From contig JBHGAY010000037.1 of NCBI GenBank assembly GCA_041946735.1, forward strand, positions 1 to 36,929: a stretch of 36,929 nucleotides of DNA, written 5' to 3'. Under the pieces are notes generated by a model. That model was not told the origin of the DNA. It worked only from the letters and a program-made list of their open reading frames with translations, and ran no database searches. Below are positions 17,836 to 28,644 of this stretch, in pieces. Both the position numbers and the translations under genes were made by a program. This DNA is from Candidatus Eiseniibacteriota bacterium (GTDB lineage: Bacteria; Eisenbacteria; RBG-16-71-46; CAIMUX01; VGJL01). The stretch's first letter is position 1. The number at the start of each line of letters is the position of its first letter.

Positions 17836-18375
17836 ATGCTTACAGTCGGCGACCGCTTTCCCGCCTTCCATCTGAAGGGGGTCGTGTCCAACGACATGAC
17901 GAATGCGTTCCAGGAGTTCCGGGAGACCTCGTTCCCGGATCGCTGGAAGGTCTACTTCTTCTGGCCGAAGGACTTCACGTTCATCTGCCCGACCGAGATC
18001 GCCGAGTTCGGCAAGCTCGACGCCGAGTTCCGCGATCGCGACGCGCAGATCCTCGGCATCAGCACGGACAGCGAGTACGTCCATCTGGCGTGGCGGCGCC
18101 AGCATCCCGACTTGAAGGCGCTTCCGTTCCCGATGCTCGCCGACATCCGCAAGGACCTCGCGGGCGCGCTCGGGATCCTCGACAAGGAGGAGGCGGTCGC
18201 GCTCCGGGCGACCTTCGTCGTCGATCCGAGCGGGATCATCCGTCATGTATCGGTCAACGACCTGAACGTCGGGCGCAACCCGCAGGAGGTCCTTCGCACG
18301 CTCGACGCCCTGCAGACCGACGAGCTCTGCCCCTGCAACTGGAAGCCCGGCCAGGAGACGCTGCAACCGGCCTGA
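17836..18375 (+). CDS. ahpC: Peroxiredoxin, alkyl hydroperoxide reductase C
   Basis: FWPKDFTFICPTE and TDELCPCNW; AGGAGG RBS. Confidence 0.96.
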   Translation: MLTVGDRFPAFHLKGVVSNDMTNAFQEFRETSFPDRWKVYFFWPKDFTFICPTEIAEFGKLDAEFRDRDAQILGISTDSEYVHLAWRRQHPDLKALPFPMLADIRKDLAGALGILDKEEAVALRATFVVDPSGIIRHVSVNDLNVGRNPQEVLRTLDALQTDELCPCNWKPGQETLQPA

Positions 18376-18441
18376 GGCCGCGGCGGGCGCCCTCCGCGCC
18401 GCGCCGCGCGCCCCGGCGGGCGCCGGTGCGGTTGGCGGTCC

Positions 18442-18499
18442 GAGAACCAGGCGGGCAGGAGAACCAGACGGCACGGTGCCAAACGGGCAGGAGAACCAG
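18442..18499 (+). repeat. Three short direct repeats in the ahpC-ahpD spacer
   Basis: GAGAACCAG occurs three times, twice within CGGGCAGGAGAACCAG. Confidence 0.6.
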
Positions 18500-18511
18500 T
18501 CAGGAGGGAGA

Positions 18512-19135
18512 ATGGTCGATCTCGAATCGTTGAAGGCAAGCATTCCCGAGTACGCGAAGGATCTCCGCTTCAACCTGGGGACGATCGCGAGCTCCGCGCA
18601 GCTGACCGAGCAGCAGATCTGGGGCGCCGCGCTCGCCTCGGCGCTCGCCTCTCGCCAGCCGGACGTGATCCGCGCGATCGCCGCTGAGGCGGAACGCCGC
18701 ATGAGCCCCGGCGCGTTCGCGGCCGCGAAGGGCGCTGCGGCGATCATGGGGATGAACAATGTCTACTACCGCTTCACGCATCTGACGACGGACGGCGACT
18801 ACGGGAGCATCCCGGCGCGCTTGCGAATGCAGCTCATCGCCCGCCCCGGCGTCGATCCGCCTGACTTCGACCTCTGGAGCTTCGCTGCCTCCGCGGTCAA
18901 CGGCTGCGGCGCGTGCATGGACTCCCACGCCCGGGACGTCCTCGCGAAGGGCGGCACGAAGGCGATGGTGCAGGAGACGGCTCGCATCGCCTCGATCGTG
19001 CATGGGATCGCCGTCACGATCTGCGGCGAGCGCGCGATCGCCGGCGCGGGGGCCGAGCCGGATGCGCAAACCGCCGCAGAGGCCGGCGCGCAGATCGCCG
19101 GAGGGACGGCCGCGGCCACGCCTTCCCCCGCCTGA
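18512..19135 (+). CDS. ahpD: Alkylhydroperoxidase AhpD
   Basis: PEYAKDLRFNL, MGMNNVYYRF, SAVNGCGACMDSH (CxxC); follows ahpC. Confidence 0.95.
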   Translation: MVDLESLKASIPEYAKDLRFNLGTIASSAQLTEQQIWGAALASALASRQPDVIRAIAAEAERRMSPGAFAAAKGAAAIMGMNNVYYRFTHLTTDGDYGSIPARLRMQLIARPGVDPPDFDLWSFAASAVNGCGACMDSHARDVLAKGGTKAMVQETARIASIVHGIAVTICGERAIAGAGAEPDAQTAAEAGAQIAGGTAAATPSPA

Positions 19136-19471
19136 GAGCGGAACCCACGTCCCGGAGACGACTGCGCGCGCCGAACAACGATTGGGCGGCTGCCCAGCGG
19201 CGGCCGGCGCCGGGGCGCCGCCCGTGCCGCCCGTGCCGCCCGGCACCCCTCTGCACCCGCCGCCGCCTCTCGGCCGCCGCCTCTCGGGCGGCCGATCGCC
19301 CTTCCCACCTCCCACCCGCCAAGCCCAGACCCCCGCCCTCTTTCGACATATCGTGCGGCTGCCCTCTGGACGGCCGGACCGCGATCGTGGATCGTGTTCC
19401 GTTCCTCTTGCACGAGGCGGCGGCGAGGAGCGATCGCTCGCCGCGCGGCGCAGCAACGGAGGCGCAGCGGC

Positions 19472-21853
<2,382 letters not shown>

Positions 21854-21969
21854 CCCGCTCCGCCGCCCCGGCGCCCCGCTCGCCGACGACGATCCGCGTC
21901 TCACCGGCGCGGAGCCGCGACCTGCACGCCGGGATGATGCCTTCCCACGGAGCGTTTCCGCAGAGCGCG

Positions 21970-22141
21970 GAGCGGCACTCCCGCCTTGCGCGGAAGGCGT
22001 CTGCGCCGTGCAGAGCGGCACTCCGCTGCTGCGACGGGGGCGTCTGCGCCGTTCGGAGCGGGAACTCCGCCTTGCGACAGGCCTGTCTGACGAGCGCAGA
22101 ACGGCCCTACCGCGTGGCGAAGGGCCTGTCTGGGGAGCGCA
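21970..22141 (+). repeat. Degenerate tandem array of four 43-bp units
   Basis: Units start at 21970, 22013, 22056 and 22099, each beginning GA(G/A)CGG with GCG and GTCTG at the same offsets and no length change. Confidence 0.85.
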
Positions 22142-22253
22142 TGATCTCATGCAGGTCGCAGACAGGAGAGAGGCGGCACGTTTCCCGCATCCCCGCCGGC
22201 TGGACGCTTCCACCGAACTCTCTAGCTACGGCATCAGTTCGGAGGTATTCTGC

Positions 22254-23456
22254 ATGCCCGTGAGATCGAATCAGACTGCCCGACCAGCCGAGAGACATCA
22301 GCTCACCGTTGCCGGCTTGTTCGCCGGCATTGGCGGAATCGAGCTGGGCCTCGATCGTGCCGGTCACAACACCGCGCTCCTTTGTGAAATCGACCCTGGC
22401 GCCTCCCGGGTCCTCCGTAAGCGGTTTCCATCGGTTCCACTAGTCGATGACGTACGTGCGATCGAGGCGCTGCCAAGAGTGGACCTCGTCGCAGCCGGCT
22501 TCCCTTGCCAGGACCTTTCGCAGGCGGGGAAAACCGCAGGCATCCGGGGTGAGCAATCGGGTTTGGTCGGACAGGTCTTCCGACTCCTCGATTCTCGCAA
22601 ACGCCCTCCAAAGTGGCTGTTGCTCGAGAACGTCTCCTTCATGCTGCAGCTGGATCGCGGCCGGGGGATGACGTTCCTCGTCAATGAACTCGAGCGGCGG
22701 GGCTTCAGTTGGGCGTATAGGATCGTCGATACTCGGTCCTTCGGACTTCCACAGCGTCGCCAGCGGGTTATCCTCCTCGCGTCGAAGTCCGAGGACCCTC
22801 GCAGCGTCCTCCTCACCGATGACGCCGGCCCGGGGGAAACTAGGTTCAGCCAGAGTGTGTGGTGCGGTTTCTACTGGACCGAAGGGCTCCGGGGCCTTGG
22901 ATGGGCCATCGACGCCGTTCCGACGCTCAAGGGAGGTTCCACAGTCGGGATCCCGTCGCCCCCCGCCATCTGGGACCCCCGCGGGGGAGACATCATGACC
23001 CCGGAGATTCGAGATGCAGAGCGATTGCAGGGCTTCGATGCAGACTGGACCCATCCGGCCCTCGACGGCCCGGGGGTCCGCCGAGGCCATCGATGGAAGC
23101 TCGTTGGCAATGCCGTCAGCGTTCCCGTGGCTGCATGGGTGGGCGAGCGGCTGGCGCGACCGGCCCGCTTCTCGATCGCCAGCCAGGATTCCTTCCTCGA
23201 CCGGACCACGGTTTGGCCGAAGGCGGCATGGGGTCACAAAGGGAAGGTGTATCCCGTGCATCTATCTATGTGGCCGGTGAGGAGCAAGACGCAGCACTTG
23301 GCCGACTTCCTCGAATACCCCCTCTGTTCACTCTCGCCCAGGGCAGCCGCTGGATTCCTCTCTCGGGCCGAGACGAGCAGTCTCCGTTTCGAGAAGGGCT
23401 TCTTGGATGACGTCCGTAGGCACATCGAGAGGACGTCGAGAGAAGCAATCGGATGA
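22254..23456 (+). CDS. DNA (cytosine-5) methyltransferase
   Basis: LFAGIGG, GFPCQDLS, LLENV, PQRRQRV, ERLQGF, VGNAV; GGAGG then ATG 22254. Confidence 0.95.
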   Translation: MPVRSNQTARPAERHQLTVAGLFAGIGGIELGLDRAGHNTALLCEIDPGASRVLRKRFPSVPLVDDVRAIEALPRVDLVAAGFPCQDLSQAGKTAGIRGEQSGLVGQVFRLLDSRKRPPKWLLLENVSFMLQLDRGRGMTFLVNELERRGFSWAYRIVDTRSFGLPQRRQRVILLASKSEDPRSVLLTDDAGPGETRFSQSVWCGFYWTEGLRGLGWAIDAVPTLKGGSTVGIPSPPAIWDPRGGDIMTPEIRDAERLQGFDADWTHPALDGPGVRRGHRWKLVGNAVSVPVAAWVGERLARPARFSIASQDSFLDRTTVWPKAAWGHKGKVYPVHLSMWPVRSKTQHLADFLEYPLCSLSPRAAAGFLSRAETSSLRFEKGFLDDVRRHIERTSREAIG

Positions 23457-24232
23457 ATCCGAGACGGAAGGGAAGCAGAACCCCGATCGAACCGGCCAGG
23501 ATCGACGGAATCTCGCTCCTAAAAGGTGTGCTCGAAAGAAGCCGTCGCGACGTCGAGGAAGCAAGAAGCCAAACCAAGAAGAAAGATCGATTCAAGCCGG
23601 ATCTCAAGTTCGCGATATCTTTCGCAAAGCACTTCGGTACCGAGCTCGCCCGCGTCCTTGATCCTCTCTTCCCCGGCATACGAAGCGGTGAGATCCCGTC
23701 GAAAACCGCACGAGGCATGAAACGGGTCGACCTCAGCTACAGCACGGCCGAGACCGGCTTGGCTCTCGGACTCTCCTTCAAGTCCGTGCACAAAGGTGAG
23801 AACGAAGAGGGCAATGCCCGGTTCATCCACAACATGAAGCGGAACGACGAAGAGCTCCGGGTGGAGGCGACGTCTCACCACCTACGACAGCCGTATGCCG
23901 TTCTCATCGCAATCGTCTTCCTGCCATTCGAGAGCTGCGACGACGCGGAAACTTCGTCGTTTGCCAGGTGGGTGGAATATCTGTGGCCTCTCAAGGGCCG
24001 TAGCGAACCCGAGGATGCCCCAGATCGGTTCGAGTTGGTGTTCATGTCCCTCTATGCTCGGGACGGTAGTGATCTCGGTTTTTACGAGGTCGGAGGACCG
24101 GAGCCGTGCCCTAGAAAGGGACGTCCGGAGCATCTGCTGTCTCTAGAGGAGTTCGTTCGCCGACTCAAGGAAGTCTACGACCGTCGCAATGGCAATGACT
24201 TCTACTTCAAGGGTGAAGAGCCACAAGCCTGA
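23453..24232 (+). CDS. Putative PD-(D/E)xK-type restriction endonuclease
   Basis: ATGA overlap with the methyltransferase; sits between MTase and vsr; KRVDLSY..GLSFKS..NMKRNDEELRVE resembles a nuclease core. Confidence 0.65.
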   Translation: MNPRRKGSRTPIEPARIDGISLLKGVLERSRRDVEEARSQTKKKDRFKPDLKFAISFAKHFGTELARVLDPLFPGIRSGEIPSKTARGMKRVDLSYSTAETGLALGLSFKSVHKGENEEGNARFIHNMKRNDEELRVEATSHHLRQPYAVLIAIVFLPFESCDDAETSSFARWVEYLWPLKGRSEPEDAPDRFELVFMSLYARDGSDLGFYEVGGPEPCPRKGRPEHLLSLEEFVRRLKEVYDRRNGNDFYFKGEEPQA

Positions 24233-24665
24233 CCGGCCCTCGCCATCGTCTCCCGAGGCGCGGAATCGGATGCTCGCCACACGAAGACGGGATACGCCCG
24301 AGGAGGTGCAGCTCAGGTCGCGGCTTCACCGAATGGGGTTGCGTTTCCGAGTCGACTGGCCGATTCCAGGTTCGAGGCGGCGCGCAGACATCGCCTTTGT
24401 CCGTCCGAGGGTCTTGGTCTTCGTCGATGGGTGCTTCTGGCATGGCTGCCCGAAGCACGGAACTTGGCCCAAGGCAAACGCGGCTTGGTGGCGACAGAAG
24501 ATCGAAGGAAACATCGTACGGGACCGCGACACCGACGCGGTCCTCCGATCTGGGGGGTGGTTGGTCCTCCGCTTCTGGGAGCACGATGATCTGAGGGCCG
24601 CGGCGAGAGAAGTGGCTGACGCGGTTCGGAGGAGGATGGACCGCTCGGGTCAGACGCGGGTGTAG
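24189..24665 (+). CDS. vsr: Very short patch repair endonuclease
   Basis: RRRDTPEE, GLRFRV, RADIAF, FVDGCFWHGCP, NIVRDR, GWLVLRFWEH; exact start uncertain. Confidence 0.93.
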   Translation: MAMTSTSRVKSHKPDRPSPSSPEARNRMLATRRRDTPEEVQLRSRLHRMGLRFRVDWPIPGSRRRADIAFVRPRVLVFVDGCFWHGCPKHGTWPKANAAWWRQKIEGNIVRDRDTDAVLRSGGWLVLRFWEHDDLRAAAREVADAVRRRMDRSGQTRV

Positions 24666-24748
24666 CTCCAGGGGTCCCGTTTGCGGTCTTGCCAGGGCCC
24701 GCGGCGCCCGGATCGACATGCCGCCCACGACCTCAAGCGGGACCGCCC

Positions 24749-24777
24749 TTTACAGCCGCGCCTCCGGTGGCTACTCT
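24749..24777 (+). promoter_or_regulatory. Putative sigma70 promoter of the sulfur-relay operon
   Basis: TTTACA-N17-TACTCT upstream of AGGAG and ATG 24843. Confidence 0.5.
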
Positions 24778-24842
24778 CTTTCACGGTGCCCACGAGGGTG
24801 GGGGACGACGGGGTGGGGGTTCCTGCAGACAGGAGTACGGGC

Positions 24843-25163
24843 ATGCCTACGATCGACTTCGGCGGCCGCTCGCTCGAGCTGAACGACGAGGGGTTCCTTC
24901 TCCACCCTGAGGAGTGGAACGAGGATCTCGCTCTCGAGCTGGCTCGCAAGGCGGAGAAACTGGACTCGCTGACCGACGAGCACTGGGCGGTCATCCGCTT
25001 CATTCGCAGCTACTTCGAGGAGAAGCAGTCGGCGCCGATGGTGCGCTCGGTCTGCAAGTCGACCGGGCTCCCGCTCCGGCGGATCTACGAGCTGTTCCCA
25101 TCCGGGCCCGCCAAAGGGGCCTGCAAGCTGGCCGGGCTTCCGAAGCCGGACGGCTGCGTCTAG
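24843..25163 (+). CDS. DsrC/TusE-family sulfur carrier with both C-terminal cysteines (C-X10-C)
   Basis: NDEGFL..EEWNE, LTDEHWAVIRFIR, YELFPSGPAKGACKLAGLPKPDGCV. Confidence 0.93.
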   Translation: MPTIDFGGRSLELNDEGFLLHPEEWNEDLALELARKAEKLDSLTDEHWAVIRFIRSYFEEKQSAPMVRSVCKSTGLPLRRIYELFPSGPAKGACKLAGLPKPDGCV

Positions 25164-25172
25164 GGCCGCGCC

Positions 25173-25793
25173 GTGCCGGGCCCGCTTGCCATCGGAGTCA
25201 TCGCGCTCGCACTGTGGGCGGTCGCGGGTCTCGCCGCGCAGCTCGTCGCCGCCCGCGGGTGGGGGCAGCGCACCGCCTACGCCGTTCCCGCCGGACGGCC
25301 GCGTTCCGGAATCCTCTACATGCTCGGTCCTGGCATGTCGCCGACGGCGAAGGAGAGCGCCCGGCTGCACTTCGGAACCTGGCTCGCCGGGGTCGGCTAC
25401 CATGCCGGCATCGCCGGCGGATTTGCCGCGCTCCTGCTCGTCCTCGCGAGAGTCGAGCTGAGCGGAGCGGCGCTGCGCGCCGTCCAGGCGATGCTCGCCG
25501 CCGGCCTGGCCGGCGGAGTCTTCCTTCTCGTCAAGAGGATCGCGCGCCCGCCGATGCGCCGGCTGAGCCACCCCGACGACTACATCGCCAACGGCCTCAC
25601 CACCGGCTTCGTCGCGCTCGCGTTCGCCCGCACGCTCTGCCCGGCCGCGGAGGTCCCGTGGCTGGGGCTCGCGATGCTCCTCTTCCTGTACGTTCCGATC
25701 GGGAAGATCCGGCACTGCTTCTTCTTCTTTGCGACACGCATCCACGCAGGGACCTTCTTCGGCCGGCGGGGGGTGCTCCCGCCGCACGCTTGA
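25173..25793 (+). CDS. NarI/DsrM-like membrane subunit, putative cytochrome b
   Basis: Several TM segments; YHAG, RRLSHPDDY, LYVPIGKIRH; located between dsrC-like and dsrK-like genes; GTG start. Confidence 0.75.
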   Translation: MPGPLAIGVIALALWAVAGLAAQLVAARGWGQRTAYAVPAGRPRSGILYMLGPGMSPTAKESARLHFGTWLAGVGYHAGIAGGFAALLLVLARVELSGAALRAVQAMLAAGLAGGVFLLVKRIARPPMRRLSHPDDYIANGLTTGFVALAFARTLCPAAEVPWLGLAMLLFLYVPIGKIRHCFFFFATRIHAGTFFGRRGVLPPHA

Positions 25794-25813
25794 GAGACCG
25801 GAGCGGCATCGTC

Positions 25814-27169
25814 ATGGCAGGGGAACCGACGACGCACACCGACGAGATCGAAGCCCGGCTGGCGGCGATGACGCCCGAGGACTTCCGTCGCGGGATGGAG
25901 ATCTTCCGCTCGAAGCTGCGCGAGAGCGAGGTCGACTACCTGAAGAGCTGCGTGCGCTGCGGCCTTTGCGCCGAGTCGTGCCACTACTTCCTCAGCGACG
26001 GCGAAGCCGACTCGATCCCGGCCTCGAAGCTCGACGTCGTGGCCTCGGCGTTCCAGCGGCACTTCACGATCGCCGGCCGGATCGCGCCGGGACTATCCGG
26101 CGCCCGCCGATTCGACCGCGCCCTCGCCCGCCGCTGGGTCGACGCGGTCTTCGGCCGATGTAGTCTCTGCGGTCGATGTAGTCTCCAGTGCACCATGGGA
26201 ATCCATATCCCCTCCGTCCTTCGAGCCGCTCGCGGAACCCTCACCGAACTCGGACTCATCCCCTCGGACCTCCTCGCCACCGTCCAAGCCTCCCTCGACA
26301 AGGGCAACAACATGGGGATCGAGCGGCAGGACTGGATCGAGACGATCGAGTGGCTCGAGGAGGAGCTGCAGACGGCGACGGGCGATCCGAACGCGAGGAT
26401 CCCGATCGACCGGCACGGGGCGCGCTATCTCTTCACCGTCAATCCGAGGGAGCCGAAGTTCTTCCCGTTGACCCTGCTCGCCAGCGCGACCGTCCTGCAC
26501 GCGGCGAAGGAGGACTGGACGGTCGCGAGCGAGGGCTGGGACCTGACGAACTACGGCCTCTTCAGCGGAAGCGCCGCGCAAGGTGGACCGATCTCGGCGC
26601 AGATGCTCGCGTCGATGGACCGGCTCGGGTGCGGGACGCTCCTGATGGGCGAATGCGGCCACGGCTTCGCAGCCGCGCGCTGGGAGGCCCCCGAGTGGCT
26701 TCAGCGCACGCCCGCCTTCCCGATCCGCTCCTTCCTGGAGGTGATGGAGGAGTACCTGCGGGACGGACGGATCCGAGTCGACCCAAGCAGGAATCCCGAG
26801 CCGGTGACGCTCCACGATCCCTGCAATCTCGTGCGCCACGGCGGCGTCTTCGAGCCGCAACGGGAGATCCTGCGGAGGAGCGTCGCCCGCTTCGTGGAGA
26901 TGACACCGAACCGCGCGGAGAACTACTGCTGCGGCGGAGGCGGCGGCCAGCTTTCGATGGGACGCTACAAGGAGCGGCGCCTGCGCGCCGGCGGGATCAA
27001 GGCGGAGCAGATCCGGCGGACGGGCGCGAAGATCGTCGTCGCCCCCTGCCACAACTGCATCGATCAGCTCATGGAGCTGAACAAGGAGTACGAGCTCGGC
27101 GTGTCGATCCAGACGGTCGCCGAGGTCGTGTCGAATGCGCTCGTGTTCGAGTCCCCGGTCGCGGGGTGA
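25814..27169 (+). CDS. DsrK/HmcF/HdrD-like Fe-S oxidoreductase with CCG domain
   Basis: CVRCGLCAESC and CSLCGRCSLQC ([4Fe-4S] motifs); TNYGLF, GECGHG, HDPCN, NYCCGGGGG, APCHNC. Confidence 0.92.
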   Translation: MAGEPTTHTDEIEARLAAMTPEDFRRGMEIFRSKLRESEVDYLKSCVRCGLCAESCHYFLSDGEADSIPASKLDVVASAFQRHFTIAGRIAPGLSGARRFDRALARRWVDAVFGRCSLCGRCSLQCTMGIHIPSVLRAARGTLTELGLIPSDLLATVQASLDKGNNMGIERQDWIETIEWLEEELQTATGDPNARIPIDRHGARYLFTVNPREPKFFPLTLLASATVLHAAKEDWTVASEGWDLTNYGLFSGSAAQGGPISAQMLASMDRLGCGTLLMGECGHGFAAARWEAPEWLQRTPAFPIRSFLEVMEEYLRDGRIRVDPSRNPEPVTLHDPCNLVRHGGVFEPQREILRRSVARFVEMTPNRAENYCCGGGGGQLSMGRYKERRLRAGGIKAEQIRRTGAKIVVAPCHNCIDQLMELNKEYELGVSIQTVAEVVSNALVFESPVAG

Positions 27170-27179
27170 GAGGAGAGCC

Positions 27180-28466
27180 ATGACGCACGCGCTCGACAAG
27201 GTCGCGAAGGGACGGGAGATCGCGGAGCCGAACGCCGGCGGGAAGCAAGACCCCGCGGGAGAGGAAGAGGCGGAACCGATGCTCGAAGCTTCCAATCTGA
27301 TCTACCTTGACAACGGGGCAACCTCCTTCCCCAAGCCGCCCGAGGTCTACGATTTCATGGACCGCTTCTACCGCCACTACGGCGTCAATCCGGGCCGCTC
27401 CGGCTATGACATCTGCATCGAGTCGGGCAACATGGTCGAGGAGACCAGGCGGATGCTGTGCCGTTTCTTCGGCGGCACCGTGCCCGAACGGGTCGTCTTC
27501 GGCCAGAACGCGACCGACGCGCTCAACCTCTCGATCTTCGGGCTGCTCCGTCCCGGCGACCATGCGATCACGACCCACCTCGAGCACAACTCCGTGATCC
27601 GTCCCCTCTGGCATCTGCAAGAGGAGGGAGTCGAGGTCGACTGGGTCGACTTCGATGATCGCGGCTATGTCGATCCGGAGGAGATCGCGCGCCGGATCCG
27701 GCCGAATACGAAGGCGGTCGTGATGAATCACGGCAGCAACGTGATCGGGACGGTGCAACCGGTCGGCGCCGTCGGGCGGATCTGCCGGGATCGTGGCATT
27801 CCGCTCGTCGTAGACGTCTCGCAGACCGCCGGCATGATCCCGATCGACATGGAGGCGATGTCGATCGACGTCGTCTGCTTCACCGGACACAAGTCGCTGA
27901 TGGGGCCGATGGGAGTCGGCGGCATGTGCGTGCGCGACGGCCTCGACATCCGTCACACCAGGGCCGGCGGCACCGGCGTCCGGAGCGCGCAGCGCCGCCA
28001 CCTCGACGAGTACCCGTACCGGATGGAGTACGGAACTCCGAACCTCCCCGGGATCGCGGGGCTCCACGCGGGCGTGAAGTGGGTGCTCCAGCGCGGGATC
28101 GACGCGATCCACGCGCACGAGATGGCGCTCTGGAAGCGGCTTCGGGACGGGCTCGCGGCGATCGACGGCGTCATCCTCTACTGCCAGGACTCCGCCGAGA
28201 ACCACACGAGCGTTCTCGCATGGAACGTCGAAGGGATGGAGGCGGGCGACGCCGGCACGATGCTCGACGTCGATTACGACATCGCCTGCCGCACCGGGCT
28301 CCACTGCGCGCCGATGGTCCACGAGCACCTCGGGACGGACAAGATCCATGGCGCGGTACGGTTCGCGATCGGCGCCTTCAACACCGAGGCGGAGATCGAT
28401 CATGCAATCCGGGCGGTGGAAGCGATCGTCGGGACGCGGAAGAAGGGGCGGAACGCCGGACGTTGA
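27180..28466 (+). CDS. Cysteine desulfurase family (class V PLP enzyme)
   Basis: IYLDNGATSFPKP, LEHNS, NHGSNVIG, DVSQTAG, FTGHKSLMGP, EYGTPN, RTGLHCAP (catalytic Cys); alternative start at MLEASN. Confidence 0.92.
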   Translation: MTHALDKVAKGREIAEPNAGGKQDPAGEEEAEPMLEASNLIYLDNGATSFPKPPEVYDFMDRFYRHYGVNPGRSGYDICIESGNMVEETRRMLCRFFGGTVPERVVFGQNATDALNLSIFGLLRPGDHAITTHLEHNSVIRPLWHLQEEGVEVDWVDFDDRGYVDPEEIARRIRPNTKAVVMNHGSNVIGTVQPVGAVGRICRDRGIPLVVDVSQTAGMIPIDMEAMSIDVVCFTGHKSLMGPMGVGGMCVRDGLDIRHTRAGGTGVRSAQRRHLDEYPYRMEYGTPNLPGIAGLHAGVKWVLQRGIDAIHAHEMALWKRLRDGLAAIDGVILYCQDSAENHTSVLAWNVEGMEAGDAGTMLDVDYDIACRTGLHCAPMVHEHLGTDKIHGAVRFAIGAFNTEAEIDHAIRAVEAIVGTRKKGRNAGR

Positions 28467-28499
28467 CGAAGACGAAGACGACGAAGACGAAGACGAAGA
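28465..28499 (+). repeat. GACGAA-type simple repeat after the desulfurase stop codon
   Basis: GACGAA GACGAA GAC GACGAA GACGAA GACGAA GA. Confidence 0.7.
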
Positions 28500-28644
28500 G
28501 CTGACCCGCCCGCGCATCCGCTGGTCTAGGCTAGGACCGCATCGGCCGCCGTGTGCGACCGCCCCGGAGCTACGCCGTCCGGGGCGATGGCAAGGCGCCG
28601 AGGATACATACCCATATGCCTTTCATCCATCCAGGAGGTGCTGC

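Noticed and set aside
21970..22141. CRISPR array interpretation of the 43-bp repeats
   Set aside because: No alternation of identical repeats and unique spacers, divergence is spread through each unit, and there are no cas genes
24914..25813. N-terminal extension of the DsrK-like ORF (751-aa version)
   Set aside because: Overlaps the dsrC-like and membrane genes in another frame; plausible start is ATG 25814
24843..27169. Calling the organism a dissimilatory sulfate reducer
   Set aside because: No dsrAB, dsrD, sat, apr or qmo in the window, and DsrC/MK-like proteins also occur in non-reducers
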